Virus record (IMG/VR): IMGVR_UViG_3300035182_002586
Coordinates: 434,001-498,000 of that record
Strand: one strand, 5' to 3'
Length of the DNA stretch: 64,000 bases
In this document: in pieces, positions 24,429-33,335 of the stretch
Numbering within the stretch: the stretch's first letter is position 1
Layout: every line of letters begins with the position of its first letter
Notes under the pieces: generated by a model
Databases searched by the model: none
Seen by the model: the letters and a program-made list of their open reading frames with translations, nothing else
Told to the model about the DNA's origin: nothing
Translations under genes and position numbers: made by a program

Positions 24429-26483
24429 CTACGAGGCGCCGTTGGTCGGCGTCGCCGGGGTCTTCTTGCCGACCTCGGCGCGGATCTGGTTCCGCAGTGC
24501 CTCGGTCTCCGGGCTCCGCTTGGGGGCCGCCGAGAGCACCGTGTCAGCCGCGAACTTGTCCGACATCACCATCGTCAGCAGAGTCTCCAGGATGCCCGAG
24601 CCCTGGCCGTTCTGACTCCCGACGACGATGCGAGGCACCACATCGACCTTCGACTCACGGATGGCGTTCGAGAAGCCCTCCATGACCTGCTGAGTGAGCT
24701 GGAACTTCGGACCACCGTAGGCAGCCACCTGCTCCTCGATCGCCACGGCCTGCGCGATACCGACGCGTGCAGCCCGGTCCGCCTCGGCTTCGGCGAGGTA
24801 GCGAACCTTGTCCGCTTCGGCGCGCGCCATCGCGCGAACCTTGTCGGCCTCCGCTTCTGCCATCGCACGGATCTGCGAGGCCGTCTGAATCGACCGCTGG
24901 TACTGCGCCTTGCCCTCGTTCTCCTGCGTCCGGATGGAGATCTCGGACTCGGTGAGCTGCTGCTGAGCCCTCGAAACCGCCTCGGCCTCGCGAAGCGCGC
25001 GTTCCTTCTCCGCAGCCTTCTGCTGGCGGTCGTAGGTGCCGATCTGCTCTTCGGCGATCTGACGCGAGCGGAGCTGCGTCAGGATGGTGCCGATCTGCTT
25101 GTCGTTGTCGTCCGGCGACGGCGTGCCGATGAGGACCTCTTCCAGCTCCAGGTTGTACTGCGCGAACTTGGCCTTCATCCCCACGGCCGACTCGCTCTGG
25201 ATCTCGCTGCGCTCCTGAATGAGCTGGATCAGCGTCCGGGTCTGCGCCACGTTCTTGAAGTACGCGCTGACCATCGGGTCGAGCGTCTGGTTCACGAGGC
25301 GCTGGATGTCACCGAAGCGCTGGACAACGAGCGGCGCCTTGCGGTAGTCGATGTGCACGACAACCGAGAGCGGCAGCCAGGGCTCGAACGCGTCCTTGGT
25401 GATGAGCCCGACCTCGCAGAGGTTCTCGTCGAACTTGTGAGCAGACACTTCCGTCTCTTCCCACTTGAGGATGAAGTTCGTGGTCGGGACCGTGACGATC
25501 TTCCCGGCGTACGTGTTGAACGCGTACTTGCCCGGCATCAGAGCCTCGTCCCACACGCCGCGCTGACCCTTGCGAACCAGCTCCCCGTGCGAGTAGTCCG
25601 ACCCCGAGAGGTCCGCGCCCGCCTCGCCCGTGTAGGAGACTACGACGCCGACCGTGCCGACCTCGATGACCGTCTTGGGGATCAGCTCGACCGTCGCGAA
25701 GAGCCGGTTGATGTAGTAGGTCCCGTCGACGAGCACCTGCATCTGGCGCCCACGACGGCCGCCCGCAGCCAGGAAGAGCAGAGGGTCCTGGAAGTTGTTG
25801 TGGTAGGAGGGCTTCTCCGGATCCTCTCCGACGAGCGGGGCGATCACGTCCCCGTGGGAGAGACCCGGGCCGTCGTGCACGGTCACGACCCCGATCTTGT
25901 CGTCCGTGCCCCGGATCACGATCGGCTTGAAGCCATCACGCTCCCGGATGATGGTCGACATCTTCTCCAGCTCGTGCTTGTCATTCGACAGGCTCAGCCC
26001 ATACACCTCGTCCTCGGTGAAGACCGCGAAGAGGGCCGGGTTGATGGCGTACGTCCCCTCACGGAGGATCGTCATCTGCGGGCCCCGCTGACCTCCCCCT
26101 GCGAGGAACGCCCGAGCATCCCCGTAATTGGCGCACCCCACCACGCATCCTGCGAGGGTCTGCGTCGCTTCGAGCTGCTTGCCGTCGCGCGCGAAGACGT
26201 AGCCGATCTTGCCCTGCGGCACGGTGACCAGCGGCGCCTTGTGGACGCGGTACTGAATCGGCGTGAGCCAGTGGATGCCGCCACGGAGCATGTCGGGCTG
26301 GTAGCCCGCCTCGCCCCCGAGGGCCATGAAGCCGCTCTTGACGGAGCCCTTGCGTGACCACCGTTTCTCAACGACGGCCACGCGATTGTTCGGGATGACT
26401 CGTACCCCTGAGAGGAGCACAAAGAAGACGAGGAGGCCCAAGGCCACCTCGATGAGGAATGCCGGTTCGGGCAGGTGGTGCAT
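24429..26483 (-). CDS. SPFH/band 7 flotillin-family membrane protein
   Basis: N-terminal TM, LITKDAFE..LP.SVVVHID SPFH core, AEA/EAE coiled coil. Confidence 0.85.
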   Translation of the reverse strand: MHHLPEPAFLIEVALGLLVFFVLLSGVRVIPNNRVAVVEKRWSRKGSVKSGFMALGGEAGYQPDMLRGGIHWLTPIQYRVHKAPLVTVPQGKIGYVFARDGKQLEATQTLAGCVVGCANYGDARAFLAGGGQRGPQMTILREGTYAINPALFAVFTEDEVYGLSLSNDKHELEKMSTIIRERDGFKPIVIRGTDDKIGVVTVHDGPGLSHGDVIAPLVGEDPEKPSYHNNFQDPLLFLAAGGRRGRQMQVLVDGTYYINRLFATVELIPKTVIEVGTVGVVVSYTGEAGADLSGSDYSHGELVRKGQRGVWDEALMPGKYAFNTYAGKIVTVPTTNFILKWEETEVSAHKFDENLCEVGLITKDAFEPWLPLSVVVHIDYRKAPLVVQRFGDIQRLVNQTLDPMVSAYFKNVAQTRTLIQLIQERSEIQSESAVGMKAKFAQYNLELEEVLIGTPSPDDNDKQIGTILTQLRSRQIAEEQIGTYDRQQKAAEKERALREAEAVSRAQQQLTESEISIRTQENEGKAQYQRSIQTASQIRAMAEAEADKVRAMARAEADKVRYLAEAEADRAARVGIAQAVAIEEQVAAYGGPKFQLTQQVMEGFSNAIRESKVDVVPRIVVGSQNGQGSGILETLLTMVMSDKFAADTVLSAAPKRSPETEALRNQIRAEVGKKTPATPTNGAS

Positions 26484-26493
26484 GGGCGCGGTG

Positions 26494-26500
26494 GTACACC
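26494..26500 (-). promoter_or_regulatory. class B element GGTGTAC
   Basis: 10 nt to ATG 26483. Confidence 0.6.
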
Positions 26501-26521
26501 GAGTCCACCCCGAACGAGGCC

Positions 26522-27631
26522 CTACTTTCCCTTGCCGAGGAACTCCTTGATCGAGGGGAGGATCGCATCGCGGTCTGCGATCTGGCTCAGGGTCACCCGA
26601 TCGTCGTCGGGGAATGCCGTTCGGAGGTCCTTGTAGAACTGCCCCGACCCGTACGGAGAATCGACCTGTCCGTACGAGAACACGTTCACGACGGGCAGGA
26701 GGCGATCGCGCAGGACCTTGATGCAATCCTCCGTGTCCTCAGTCGACCAGTTGTCCCCGTCGGAGAAGTGGAAAGGGTAGATGTTCCACGAAGATGAGGG
26801 GTAGTCCTTGTCGATGATCTTCATGCACAGGTCCAGAGCCGACGAGATCCTCGTCCCTCCAGACTCGCGCGTGTGGAAGAACGTGTGCCGGTCGACCTCG
26901 CGCGCCTCTGCGTCGTGGGTGATGAACCGGGTCTCGATGCCCTTGTACTGACGTCGGAGCCAGAGGTCGATCCAGAAGGACTCCAGGCGGACGATCTCTT
27001 TCTGGTCGTCGCCCATCGAGCCCGACACGTCCATCATGTAGATGACGACGGCCTGCGCCTGCGGCTTGAGGGTGATGTCCGGCGCGCGGTAGCGCCAGTC
27101 GTCTCGCACGGGCATGAGCACGGGCTGGTCGGGGTTGTAGTCCCCCGACGAGATGGCGCGCTTGAGCGTCTCCTTGTAGCTGCGCTTCATGTGGCGCAGC
27201 GACCCGGGCCCCACTCTGGAGATCCCCGTGTACTTGTTCGAGTCCTGGATGATGTTCTCTTTGCCCTTGTTCTCGATCTTCGGGAGTTGGAGTTCGTCTC
27301 CGAGCATGTCGGCGAGTTCATCCATGGAGATGTCCGCCTCGATCCCGTGCTTGTCCGTGTCCTTGCCGGCCTTCTTGCCCTTGCCCTTCTGGTCCGGGTC
27401 GCCGCCCACGGGATCGCCTACGTCCCCATCCCCCTGTCCTGCGCCCCCCGCCTGCTTGTCACCGTAGACGAAGCGCGGCATGTCGATCTGAGGGATCGGC
27501 ACGGACACGACATCCTTGCCGACGCGGCCGAGAAGCTCCCCCGAAGAGATGTACTTCGAGAGGTTCCCGCGCACCTTCTTGCGGATGATGTCCTTGAACC
27601 TCGAATGGTCTGCGCCGATGCGATTCGACAT
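26522..27631 (-). CDS. yeaH: YeaH/YhbH family (DUF444) protein
   Basis: DHSRFKDII, MMDVSGSM, SGGT.ISSA, NIYPFHFSDGDNW. Confidence 0.9.
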   Translation of the reverse strand: MSNRIGADHSRFKDIIRKKVRGNLSKYISSGELLGRVGKDVVSVPIPQIDMPRFVYGDKQAGGAGQGDGDVGDPVGGDPDQKGKGKKAGKDTDKHGIEADISMDELADMLGDELQLPKIENKGKENIIQDSNKYTGISRVGPGSLRHMKRSYKETLKRAISSGDYNPDQPVLMPVRDDWRYRAPDITLKPQAQAVVIYMMDVSGSMGDDQKEIVRLESFWIDLWLRRQYKGIETRFITHDAEAREVDRHTFFHTRESGGTRISSALDLCMKIIDKDYPSSSWNIYPFHFSDGDNWSTEDTEDCIKVLRDRLLPVVNVFSYGQVDSPYGSGQFYKDLRTAFPDDDRVTLSQIADRDAILPSIKEFLGKGK

Positions 27632-27642
27632 GGAGCCTCCCG

Positions 27643-27660
27643 GTACACCGGACGGTGTAG
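27643..27660. promoter_or_regulatory. divergent class B pair TACACC-N4-GGTGTA
   Basis: 11 nt to ATG 27631 (-), 9 nt to ATG 27670 (+). Confidence 0.7.
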
Positions 27661-27669
27661 CTTAGCGCA

Positions 27670-28086
27670 ATGGCCGACGAAGAAGCCAAGGTCGACGTCG
27701 TGATCGCCACGCGCCTGTGGAAGCTCTATAACCTCGTGTGGACGGGCAATCTCTACGAGAAGGCCCGAGCGAACACGCTCCAGAAGTACCCCGCAGTCCA
27801 CGAGTTCGTCCCCGAAGACAAGCGCACGAACCTCCCGGACGCCTGGGACCTCGGACGGGTCCGGCACTTCTACGAGCTGCTGCGCGCGGGCAAGTCCATC
27901 GACCCCATCGACGTGGACAACGAGTGCCACAACGGGTTCATCTACCCCGTCCCCATCGTCCTCGATGGCCACCACCGGCTCGTTGCGGCCGCCCTCGCAA
28001 GGGCCCGCATCCCCGTGCACTACGGTGGCCGGATTGACCTTCTCGACTACCTCACGGGCAAGCGACGGACGGCCCCGACGGCCTAG
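27670..28086 (+). CDS. ParB/Srx-like N-terminal domain protein
   Basis: IDPIDVD...IVLDGHHRLVAA. Confidence 0.7.
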   Translation: MADEEAKVDVVIATRLWKLYNLVWTGNLYEKARANTLQKYPAVHEFVPEDKRTNLPDAWDLGRVRHFYELLRAGKSIDPIDVDNECHNGFIYPVPIVLDGHHRLVAAALARARIPVHYGGRIDLLDYLTGKRRTAPTA

Positions 28087-28089
28087 CCG

Positions 28090-28422
28090 TCAGCTCGCTC
28101 CGCGCTGCTGCATGTACCCAAGCCCGTAGCTTGGGGTGGAGAGCGCAGCCTCGCCACGCTCCTCGAAGGGTCGGGGGTCGATCGCCAGACCCTTCGAGGT
28201 CAGAAGCTCGCAGTACGTCCGGATCTGCTCCCACGAGACGTGGATCCCCATCTCCCTGAAGTCCCTCGACCGAGCCACAATCAGGCCGTGGTTCCAGTCC
28301 GTGGTGACGAAGAAGACCTCGCCTGGTCGGAGCCACGTACGTCCCGTGTCGAAGGACCGGAGCACGCGCAGGGTGTCGATGGGTTGGAGGCGCTCGATCC
28401 CGTGGCCACGTCGTTTGGACAT
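28090..28422 (-). CDS. hypothetical protein
   Basis: class B element 8 nt upstream. Confidence 0.6.
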   Translation of the reverse strand: MSKRRGHGIERLQPIDTLRVLRSFDTGRTWLRPGEVFFVTTDWNHGLIVARSRDFREMGIHVSWEQIRTYCELLTSKGLAIDPRPFEERGEAALSTPSYGLGYMQQRGAS

Positions 28423-28430
28423 GTCCACAT

Positions 28431-28437
28431 GTACACC
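28431..28437 (-). promoter_or_regulatory. class B element GGTGTAC
   Basis: 8 nt to ATG 28422. Confidence 0.55.
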
Positions 28438-28439
28438 GG

Positions 28440-29099
28440 TCAACGCTTGGAGCGGTCGTACTCCCCGGCCAGGTGCTTCTTGAGGGTCTCCCCCAGAGCG
28501 CGCTCCAAGAGCCCTACGAGGTCCAGCTCCCGTTCGTAGGTGACCTCCCATGCGTAGGTCGCGCCCCCACCGAAACCCTCCACGATCCGAGACTTGTGGG
28601 CTCGACACCCCGTACCAAGACCTTTCGCCAACAGCTCGTTGGCGTCCGGAGCCTCGTGCCACTCCGACTCGGCCTCCTCGTGGGACTGCGCCCATCCGTA
28701 GCAGAGGCGAAAGCGCATCTCCAGCTTGTTCCCCTTCGCCGAAGCCTGCACGTACTCGACCGAGGGGCTCGTGGACTCGTGGTTCACAGCCGTCAGAGCG
28801 GCCTCGATGGCCTCGTCCAGCTTCGGAGAGTACAGCACCGGGTGCAGAGCCTCCCCCGTTGCCTCGTGCATGGTCTTGACGATCTCGTGGTACGCATGCG
28901 CCACGTAGGCTTCACGCGTCATCGCCTCCGGGGCGTCGGTGGCGTCGAGGTAGGTGGTACACCGGAGTACCTCCGTGACCATCCGGGTCGTCTCGTGCGG
29001 CTGGATCGCCTTGAAGGCGTTCAGGAAGAACTTGGGGTAGGTGGCCGCCACGATTGCCCGTTGGTTGTACTGGTAGGACATCTCACACCAGGGTTTCAT
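28440..29099 (-). CDS. hypothetical protein
   Basis: 219 aa ORF. Confidence 0.75.
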   Translation of the reverse strand: MKPWCEMSYQYNQRAIVAATYPKFFLNAFKAIQPHETTRMVTEVLRCTTYLDATDAPEAMTREAYVAHAYHEIVKTMHEATGEALHPVLYSPKLDEAIEAALTAVNHESTSPSVEYVQASAKGNKLEMRFRLCYGWAQSHEEAESEWHEAPDANELLAKGLGTGCRAHKSRIVEGFGGGATYAWEVTYERELDLVGLLERALGETLKKHLAGEYDRSKR

Positions 29100-29106
29100 A
29101 GAAGAA

Positions 29107-29113
29107 GTACACC
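29107..29113 (-). promoter_or_regulatory. class B element GGTGTAC
   Basis: 7 nt to ATG 29099. Confidence 0.55.
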
Positions 29114-29145
29114 AGCGCGCTTTTTCCTTCTAGGCTTCCAAGGGT

Positions 29146-29553
29146 ATGGCCCTCCGCACGGTCGGAGATCCCCGGTCCGAAGTCGTGGTCCTTGGACCCC
29201 AAGGACGCATCGTGGGCCATATTTTCGTCGACCTCAGCCTCTACGGCATCGACGACCCCGTTCTCGATGACCAGGACCTACGACCCTTCATCATCAACTG
29301 CCTCGACGGGATCATCCTCGTCGCCCACCGGCAGGTCGACCGCAAGTCGCGGTTCCTCGAACTCGGGCCCATGGATCTAGAGCACGAGCCGGTTCTGCGC
29401 GAAGCCTTCGAGATGCCCGCCGCGCACATGTACACGAGCGACTACATCAGGCACACGCAAGCGGTGAACAACACCGAAGTCTTGCGGATCAAGGGGTTGG
29501 CCGGAGCCCATTTCGGACGACGGGCCCGTGCATCCAGTGGTCTCCCGAACTGA
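29146..29553 (+). CDS. hypothetical protein
   Basis: 135 aa ORF; 3' overlap with ligase gene. Confidence 0.65.
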   Translation: MALRTVGDPRSEVVVLGPQGRIVGHIFVDLSLYGIDDPVLDDQDLRPFIINCLDGIILVAHRQVDRKSRFLELGPMDLEHEPVLREAFEMPAAHMYTSDYIRHTQAVNNTEVLRIKGLAGAHFGRRARASSGLPN

Positions 29554-30151
29554 CGTGATCCTTTCGGACCCACTTTCCAACCGCGCGTGAGAACTCGCCC
29601 TCTCCGAAGCCGCAGGCCCACCGAACGACGACGCCCTCCCTCTCCCCACCGCAGGCTGACGGCTGCACCGCGAAGCGCTCAACGATGGCCTGGAGGTCCT
29701 GCGCTCGGGGTGCTGGAGCGGGCTGTGCGAGAACCGGGACTGTCGGTAGCCCGAGGGACGCCGCACACTCCTCGACCTCGGCCCACGAGTGCCAACGGAG
29801 TGTCTGCGCGTTGCGTACTCCGAAGACGGTCAGGTAGGCGGGCAGCGCCGTGTAGGCGATCGAGTGCTTCGCCCAGAGCCACTCCCCGAACACCTGGAGG
29901 TTGTCGGGGATGCTGTCGCGCAACGACGCCCACAGAGCCTTGAAGGCGTCGAAGCTCGGGTGCGACGGCGGCTTCCCGTGGCTGCGCGCAAAACACCCCT
30001 CCCGTTCGAGGCTCACGTTGCTGCCGTCGAGCTTCTCGGTGAAGACGAGGGGCACCTTGAGGAGCGAACCGACGCTCTTCATGCGCTTGTCGTCGCTCTC
30101 GCCTCCAGGGGAGAACGGGAAGTGGGAGGTGCGGGGGTACTTGAGGCTCAT
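29489..30151 (-). CDS. ATP-dependent RNA ligase, Rnl2-like family
   Basis: KYPRT.H, motif I TEKLDGSN, FGE, REGVVVR, KWVR. Confidence 0.85.
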   Translation of the reverse strand: MSLKYPRTSHFPFSPGGESDDKRMKSVGSLLKVPLVFTEKLDGSNVSLEREGCFARSHGKPPSHPSFDAFKALWASLRDSIPDNLQVFGEWLWAKHSIAYTALPAYLTVFGVRNAQTLRWHSWAEVEECAASLGLPTVPVLAQPAPAPRAQDLQAIVERFAVQPSACGGEREGVVVRWACGFGEGEFSRAVGKWVRKDHVSSGDHWMHGPVVRNGLRPTP

Positions 30152-30154
30152 GGC

Positions 30155-31027
30155 TCAACTCCGGGGCTTCCGTAGTCGGACCCACTCCTCCGTCGTTCCC
30201 TCGAACCCCGACGGCTTCGGCCCGCACCCTACCGGCACGTCCTCGAACTCCCCAGGCCCCGTCTGAACCAGATACGTCTCAGGTTCGGGCACAGGCTCGA
30301 AGGCCGCAGCGGGGGGCAGGCAAAGACAGTCTCGCGAACGTCCACAGGTGTCGCAGTAGTACCCGCCGTCCGTGATGACACAGAGAGGGGCGGGGGGCGG
30401 GTTCTTCCGGCGCATCTTCGGGACGGGCTTGCCACAGAACGGGCAGAACCGACCCTCAGGATCCGTGTCGTAGTGACCATCCGGCGCGAGGTCCGTGTGG
30501 TAGCTCGTGCGCCACCACGCCTTACCTGTGATGGAGTCTGGGTCGACCCTGACCGTAAAGACGATCGCCGGGTGCACCCGCGCCTCTTCGCAGCATTCGA
30601 GACGCGGAATCGCGTTCTTCTGGAATCGCTGGTACTCGTCGAAGAGGTCGCTAAGCTCCCACCGCTCCTGTTCGGACAGTGCCTCCCCGTCCTCGTGACG
30701 CGCCGCGCCTTCCTTTGCACTGAGAACGCGGAACCGTTCGATACGGGTCAAGTCCATGCGAAGGGAGGTACACCATCGGAGTGCGTCGCGAAGCTCCCCC
30801 GTCGGAGCCAGCTCCCGGTTCCCATCCTCGGGGGTAATGAGCACCAGCGCGGACCCGACGACGTTCGTGTTCGCCGTGTTGCACACGTGGAACCGGCGCT
30901 CTGCCCGATCGACCACGGTGGTGCCCGCATTCGGCCGCGCGAAGAGCTTCGTCTCTGCCGACCGGAGCATCACTGCCCATGCGTCCATCGAGGGCGAGAA
31001 GCGGCTGTCGAGGATCTCGTAGACCAT
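30155..31027 (-). CDS. Cys-rich hypothetical protein
   Basis: FCPFCG, YCDTCG..DCLC. Confidence 0.7.
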   Translation of the reverse strand: MVYEILDSRFSPSMDAWAVMLRSAETKLFARPNAGTTVVDRAERRFHVCNTANTNVVGSALVLITPEDGNRELAPTGELRDALRWCTSLRMDLTRIERFRVLSAKEGAARHEDGEALSEQERWELSDLFDEYQRFQKNAIPRLECCEEARVHPAIVFTVRVDPDSITGKAWWRTSYHTDLAPDGHYDTDPEGRFCPFCGKPVPKMRRKNPPPAPLCVITDGGYYCDTCGRSRDCLCLPPAAAFEPVPEPETYLVQTGPGEFEDVPVGCGPKPSGFEGTTEEWVRLRKPRS

Positions 31028-31503
31028 CAGAACACCGCCAGTGCCCCAGCCACGAAGCCCTCGGAGTAGACGACGAGGGCTTCGCGCTTCTTTTTGGTGA
31101 ACGAGTCCCACTCGTTCACGGCGATCCCGAGCTTCCCGGTGGGGCCACCGTGGACCTTGATGTCCCAGATGTGATCGTCCCGGTCCAGAGACCAGAGGAC
31201 TTCCTTGAGGTTCGCGGCCAGAGCTTCGAGAACCTTGACCTCGCTGCACGTCACCAGGCGAACGTAGCGGCCGCTGTACTCCTCCTGCCAGACGGGGCAC
31301 TCGGGCCGCCCGTCGATGCCGCCCCAGCAGTAGTCGCTGAACGGGTCTCCGAGTCCCTTCCGAGAGCAGTCGATGTCCTCTGCGCTCGGCTTGTAGTCCC
31401 CACAGCCGGGGCAGACCTCGCCGCTCCCGACCCTAGGGGCACTCTCGCCTTCGCCTTCCGCCTTGGTGGCGTCCTCCCCGGGGAGCACTTCGTCGTCTTC
31501 CAT
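31027..31503 (-). CDS. hypothetical protein (CPGCG)
   Basis: class B element 9 nt upstream; TGATG coupling. Confidence 0.65.
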   Translation of the reverse strand: MEDDEVLPGEDATKAEGEGESAPRVGSGEVCPGCGDYKPSAEDIDCSRKGLGDPFSDYCWGGIDGRPECPVWQEEYSGRYVRLVTCSEVKVLEALAANLKEVLWSLDRDDHIWDIKVHGGPTGKLGIAVNEWDSFTKKKREALVVYSEGFVAGALAVF

Positions 31504-31512
31504 GCCCCCAAA

Positions 31513-31519
31513 GTACACC
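31513..31519 (-). promoter_or_regulatory. class B element GGTGTAC
   Basis: 9 nt to ATG 31503. Confidence 0.55.
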
Positions 31520-31553
31520 GGGAACCGGCACCCGAAAGAAAGTTGAGGGAGCC

Positions 31554-31581
31554 GATGGATCAGCACCCCCTCGCACGGTAG
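31554..31581 (+). promoter_or_regulatory. class A promoter (N16)
   Basis: 7 nt to ATG 31589. Confidence 0.8.
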
Positions 31582-31588
31582 TAGGAGC

Positions 31589-32236
31589 ATGGCCCGCTAC
31601 CTCCCCAAGAAGACCGGCGCACACACCTACGACAACAACGTCCTCGTCGCGAGCGAGATCGGCCTCACGGTCAAGGTCTACTCCGAGAGCGTCCAGGTCA
31701 TGTCGGACATCTTCGAGTACCAGACCTTCGCGGTTTGCTACAACCAGGCGACGGACTCGTTCGAGTCGCGGTACGTGAACTCGGACTACGGCTCCACGAC
31801 GGCGTACGCCGAGGTCGACGCCGAGCCCGAGCTGATGGTCCGCTACGCGGCGTGGCAGGTCGAGCAGGCGGCGGAGAACGCCGGCTTCCACCACTCGCGC
31901 GAGCTGGACGAAGCGCGGAACGAGCTGCGTCACGTCAAGTACGGCCGCAACGTCAAGGTTGTCCGTGGCCGCAAGGTCCCGGTGGGCACGACCGGTCGCG
32001 TGTTCTGGACCGGCGACAGCAAGTACGGCGCCCGCGTGGGCATCGAGCTGGCCTCCGGCGAACGCGTGTTCACGGCGACCCACAACGTCGAGGTCGAGGT
32101 CGACCCGGCCGAGGTCGCGAAGGTCGAGACGGTGTTCGCCAAGAGCGCCGTCCGCCAGGCGGCCAAGTTCGCCGCCGAGCGTGCCGCTGCGGTGGCGGCT
32201 GCCGAAGCGAAATACGCGGCCGCCCTGGCCGCGTGA
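31589..32236 (+). CDS. KOW/SH3-like conserved phage protein
   Basis: VKVVRGRKVPVGTTGRVFW...RVGI. Confidence 0.75.
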   Translation: MARYLPKKTGAHTYDNNVLVASEIGLTVKVYSESVQVMSDIFEYQTFAVCYNQATDSFESRYVNSDYGSTTAYAEVDAEPELMVRYAAWQVEQAAENAGFHHSRELDEARNELRHVKYGRNVKVVRGRKVPVGTTGRVFWTGDSKYGARVGIELASGERVFTATHNVEVEVDPAEVAKVETVFAKSAVRQAAKFAAERAAAVAAAEAKYAAALAA

Positions 32237-32262
32237 CCCCAACGAGACGAAAAGAGGCACCC

Positions 32263-32619
32263 GTGGGAATCATCGCAGACATCTACCGAAGTGGCATGGG
32301 CGACTGCTCCAACGGGGGCCTCTCGTCGAAGCACCAGAAGGTCTTGATCGTGAACGCCGAAGGGCCATTCGATCCGACCCCGACGTGCCCGGCCGTCCTG
32401 CTCCGCAAGGGGCCGATCAACACCATCCACGCGGTCCCCGCCAAGCTCGACGTGTACGGCAAGTGGGTCCCCGAAGACGAGACGTTCAGCTTCGGGGGCA
32501 CCTACGTCGCGTGCTGCGACAGCCGCTTCGGCGCCGCGGTCCGCCGGGTCGGCGGGCAGGACATCTACGGCGCGATCGCGTTCCACGACCGTCCCTGGTC
32601 CGACCTTGGGCCGGGCTGA
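32263..32619 (+). CDS. conserved-looking phage protein
   Basis: DCSNGG.S, FGG.Y..DSRF, AI.FHDR pattern. Confidence 0.75.
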   Translation: MGIIADIYRSGMGDCSNGGLSSKHQKVLIVNAEGPFDPTPTCPAVLLRKGPINTIHAVPAKLDVYGKWVPEDETFSFGGTYVACCDSRFGAAVRRVGGQDIYGAIAFHDRPWSDLGPG

Positions 32620-32636
32620 GAGGCCGCCCGATTCCC

Positions 32637-32665
32637 GATGGGTCACCCCGGAGGGCGCGTTGTAG
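32637..32665 (+). promoter_or_regulatory. class A variant GATGGGTC-N17-GTAG, leadered
   Basis: CAGGAG SD before ATG 32709. Confidence 0.6.
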
Positions 32666-32708
32666 TCCCGAACGCGCTCCCAACCCCAACCCTCAGGAGT
32701 GTGCCCTC

Positions 32709-32915
32709 ATGGCTCGTTTCGACCTCAAAGAGATCCTGGACATCTGCGTCACCAAGCACGGCTGCCGTATCGAGTACTATGGATCACACGTCCGCGTGCT
32801 GCCGCCCGACCCGAAGATGGGCATGGTCGGGATCTCGCAGCACCCGAGCGATCACCGGGCGATCCGGAACTTCATCGCGCAGCTCCGGCGCGCGGGCATC
32901 GACGTGAAGGTGTAA
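32709..32915 (+). CDS. HicA-like dsRBD-fold small protein
   Basis: GSHVRV..P...V.I..HPSDHRAIRN..AQLRRAG. Confidence 0.55.
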   Translation: MARFDLKEILDICVTKHGCRIEYYGSHVRVLPPDPKMGMVGISQHPSDHRAIRNFIAQLRRAGIDVKV

Positions 32916-32924
32916 GAGGATCCC

Positions 32925-33335
32925 ATGACCTGCGAGCACCTGACCGGCTGCCACAAGAACTCGAAGGGCGATCGCGTCTGCAACGGCTGTGGTCTTGTGA
33001 ATCCCCGCCGGCACTCGTGGCGGGGCCGCAAGCACGACGTGAAGTGCCGCCACTGCGGGATGGTCCGCAAGCACCTCGGGGGCGGCGTGTGGGCCTGCCA
33101 GACCAAGGACGGCAAAGCCCTCGTCGGAAGCGTGCACGAGTGCCCGCCAGAGCCCGAGGTGTGCGGGGACAAGGTGATCGTCGCCGACGGTGAGCAGGTC
33201 ACGTGCTCCCTGGAGAAGGATCACCCGGTCGTGGGCATCGACAACGGCAAGACCCGCAAGTACCAGTTCCACCAAGGTGGCGAGTGGGTGTGGGACGAGA
33301 AGTGCGCCTGGAAGAAAGGCGAGGAACCACGATGA
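32925..33335 (+). CDS. Cys/His-rich hypothetical protein
   Basis: multiple CxxC. Confidence 0.7.
   Translation: MTCEHLTGCHKNSKGDRVCNGCGLVNPRRHSWRGRKHDVKCRHCGMVRKHLGGGVWACQTKDGKALVGSVHECPPEPEVCGDKVIVADGEQVTCSLEKDHPVVGIDNGKTRKYQFHQGGEWVWDEKCAWKKGEEPR

Noticed and set aside
24399-26357. 652 aa plus-strand ORF
   Set aside because: Antisense shadow of the flotillin gene; Arg/Leu/Gly-rich composition typical of high-GC reverse frames
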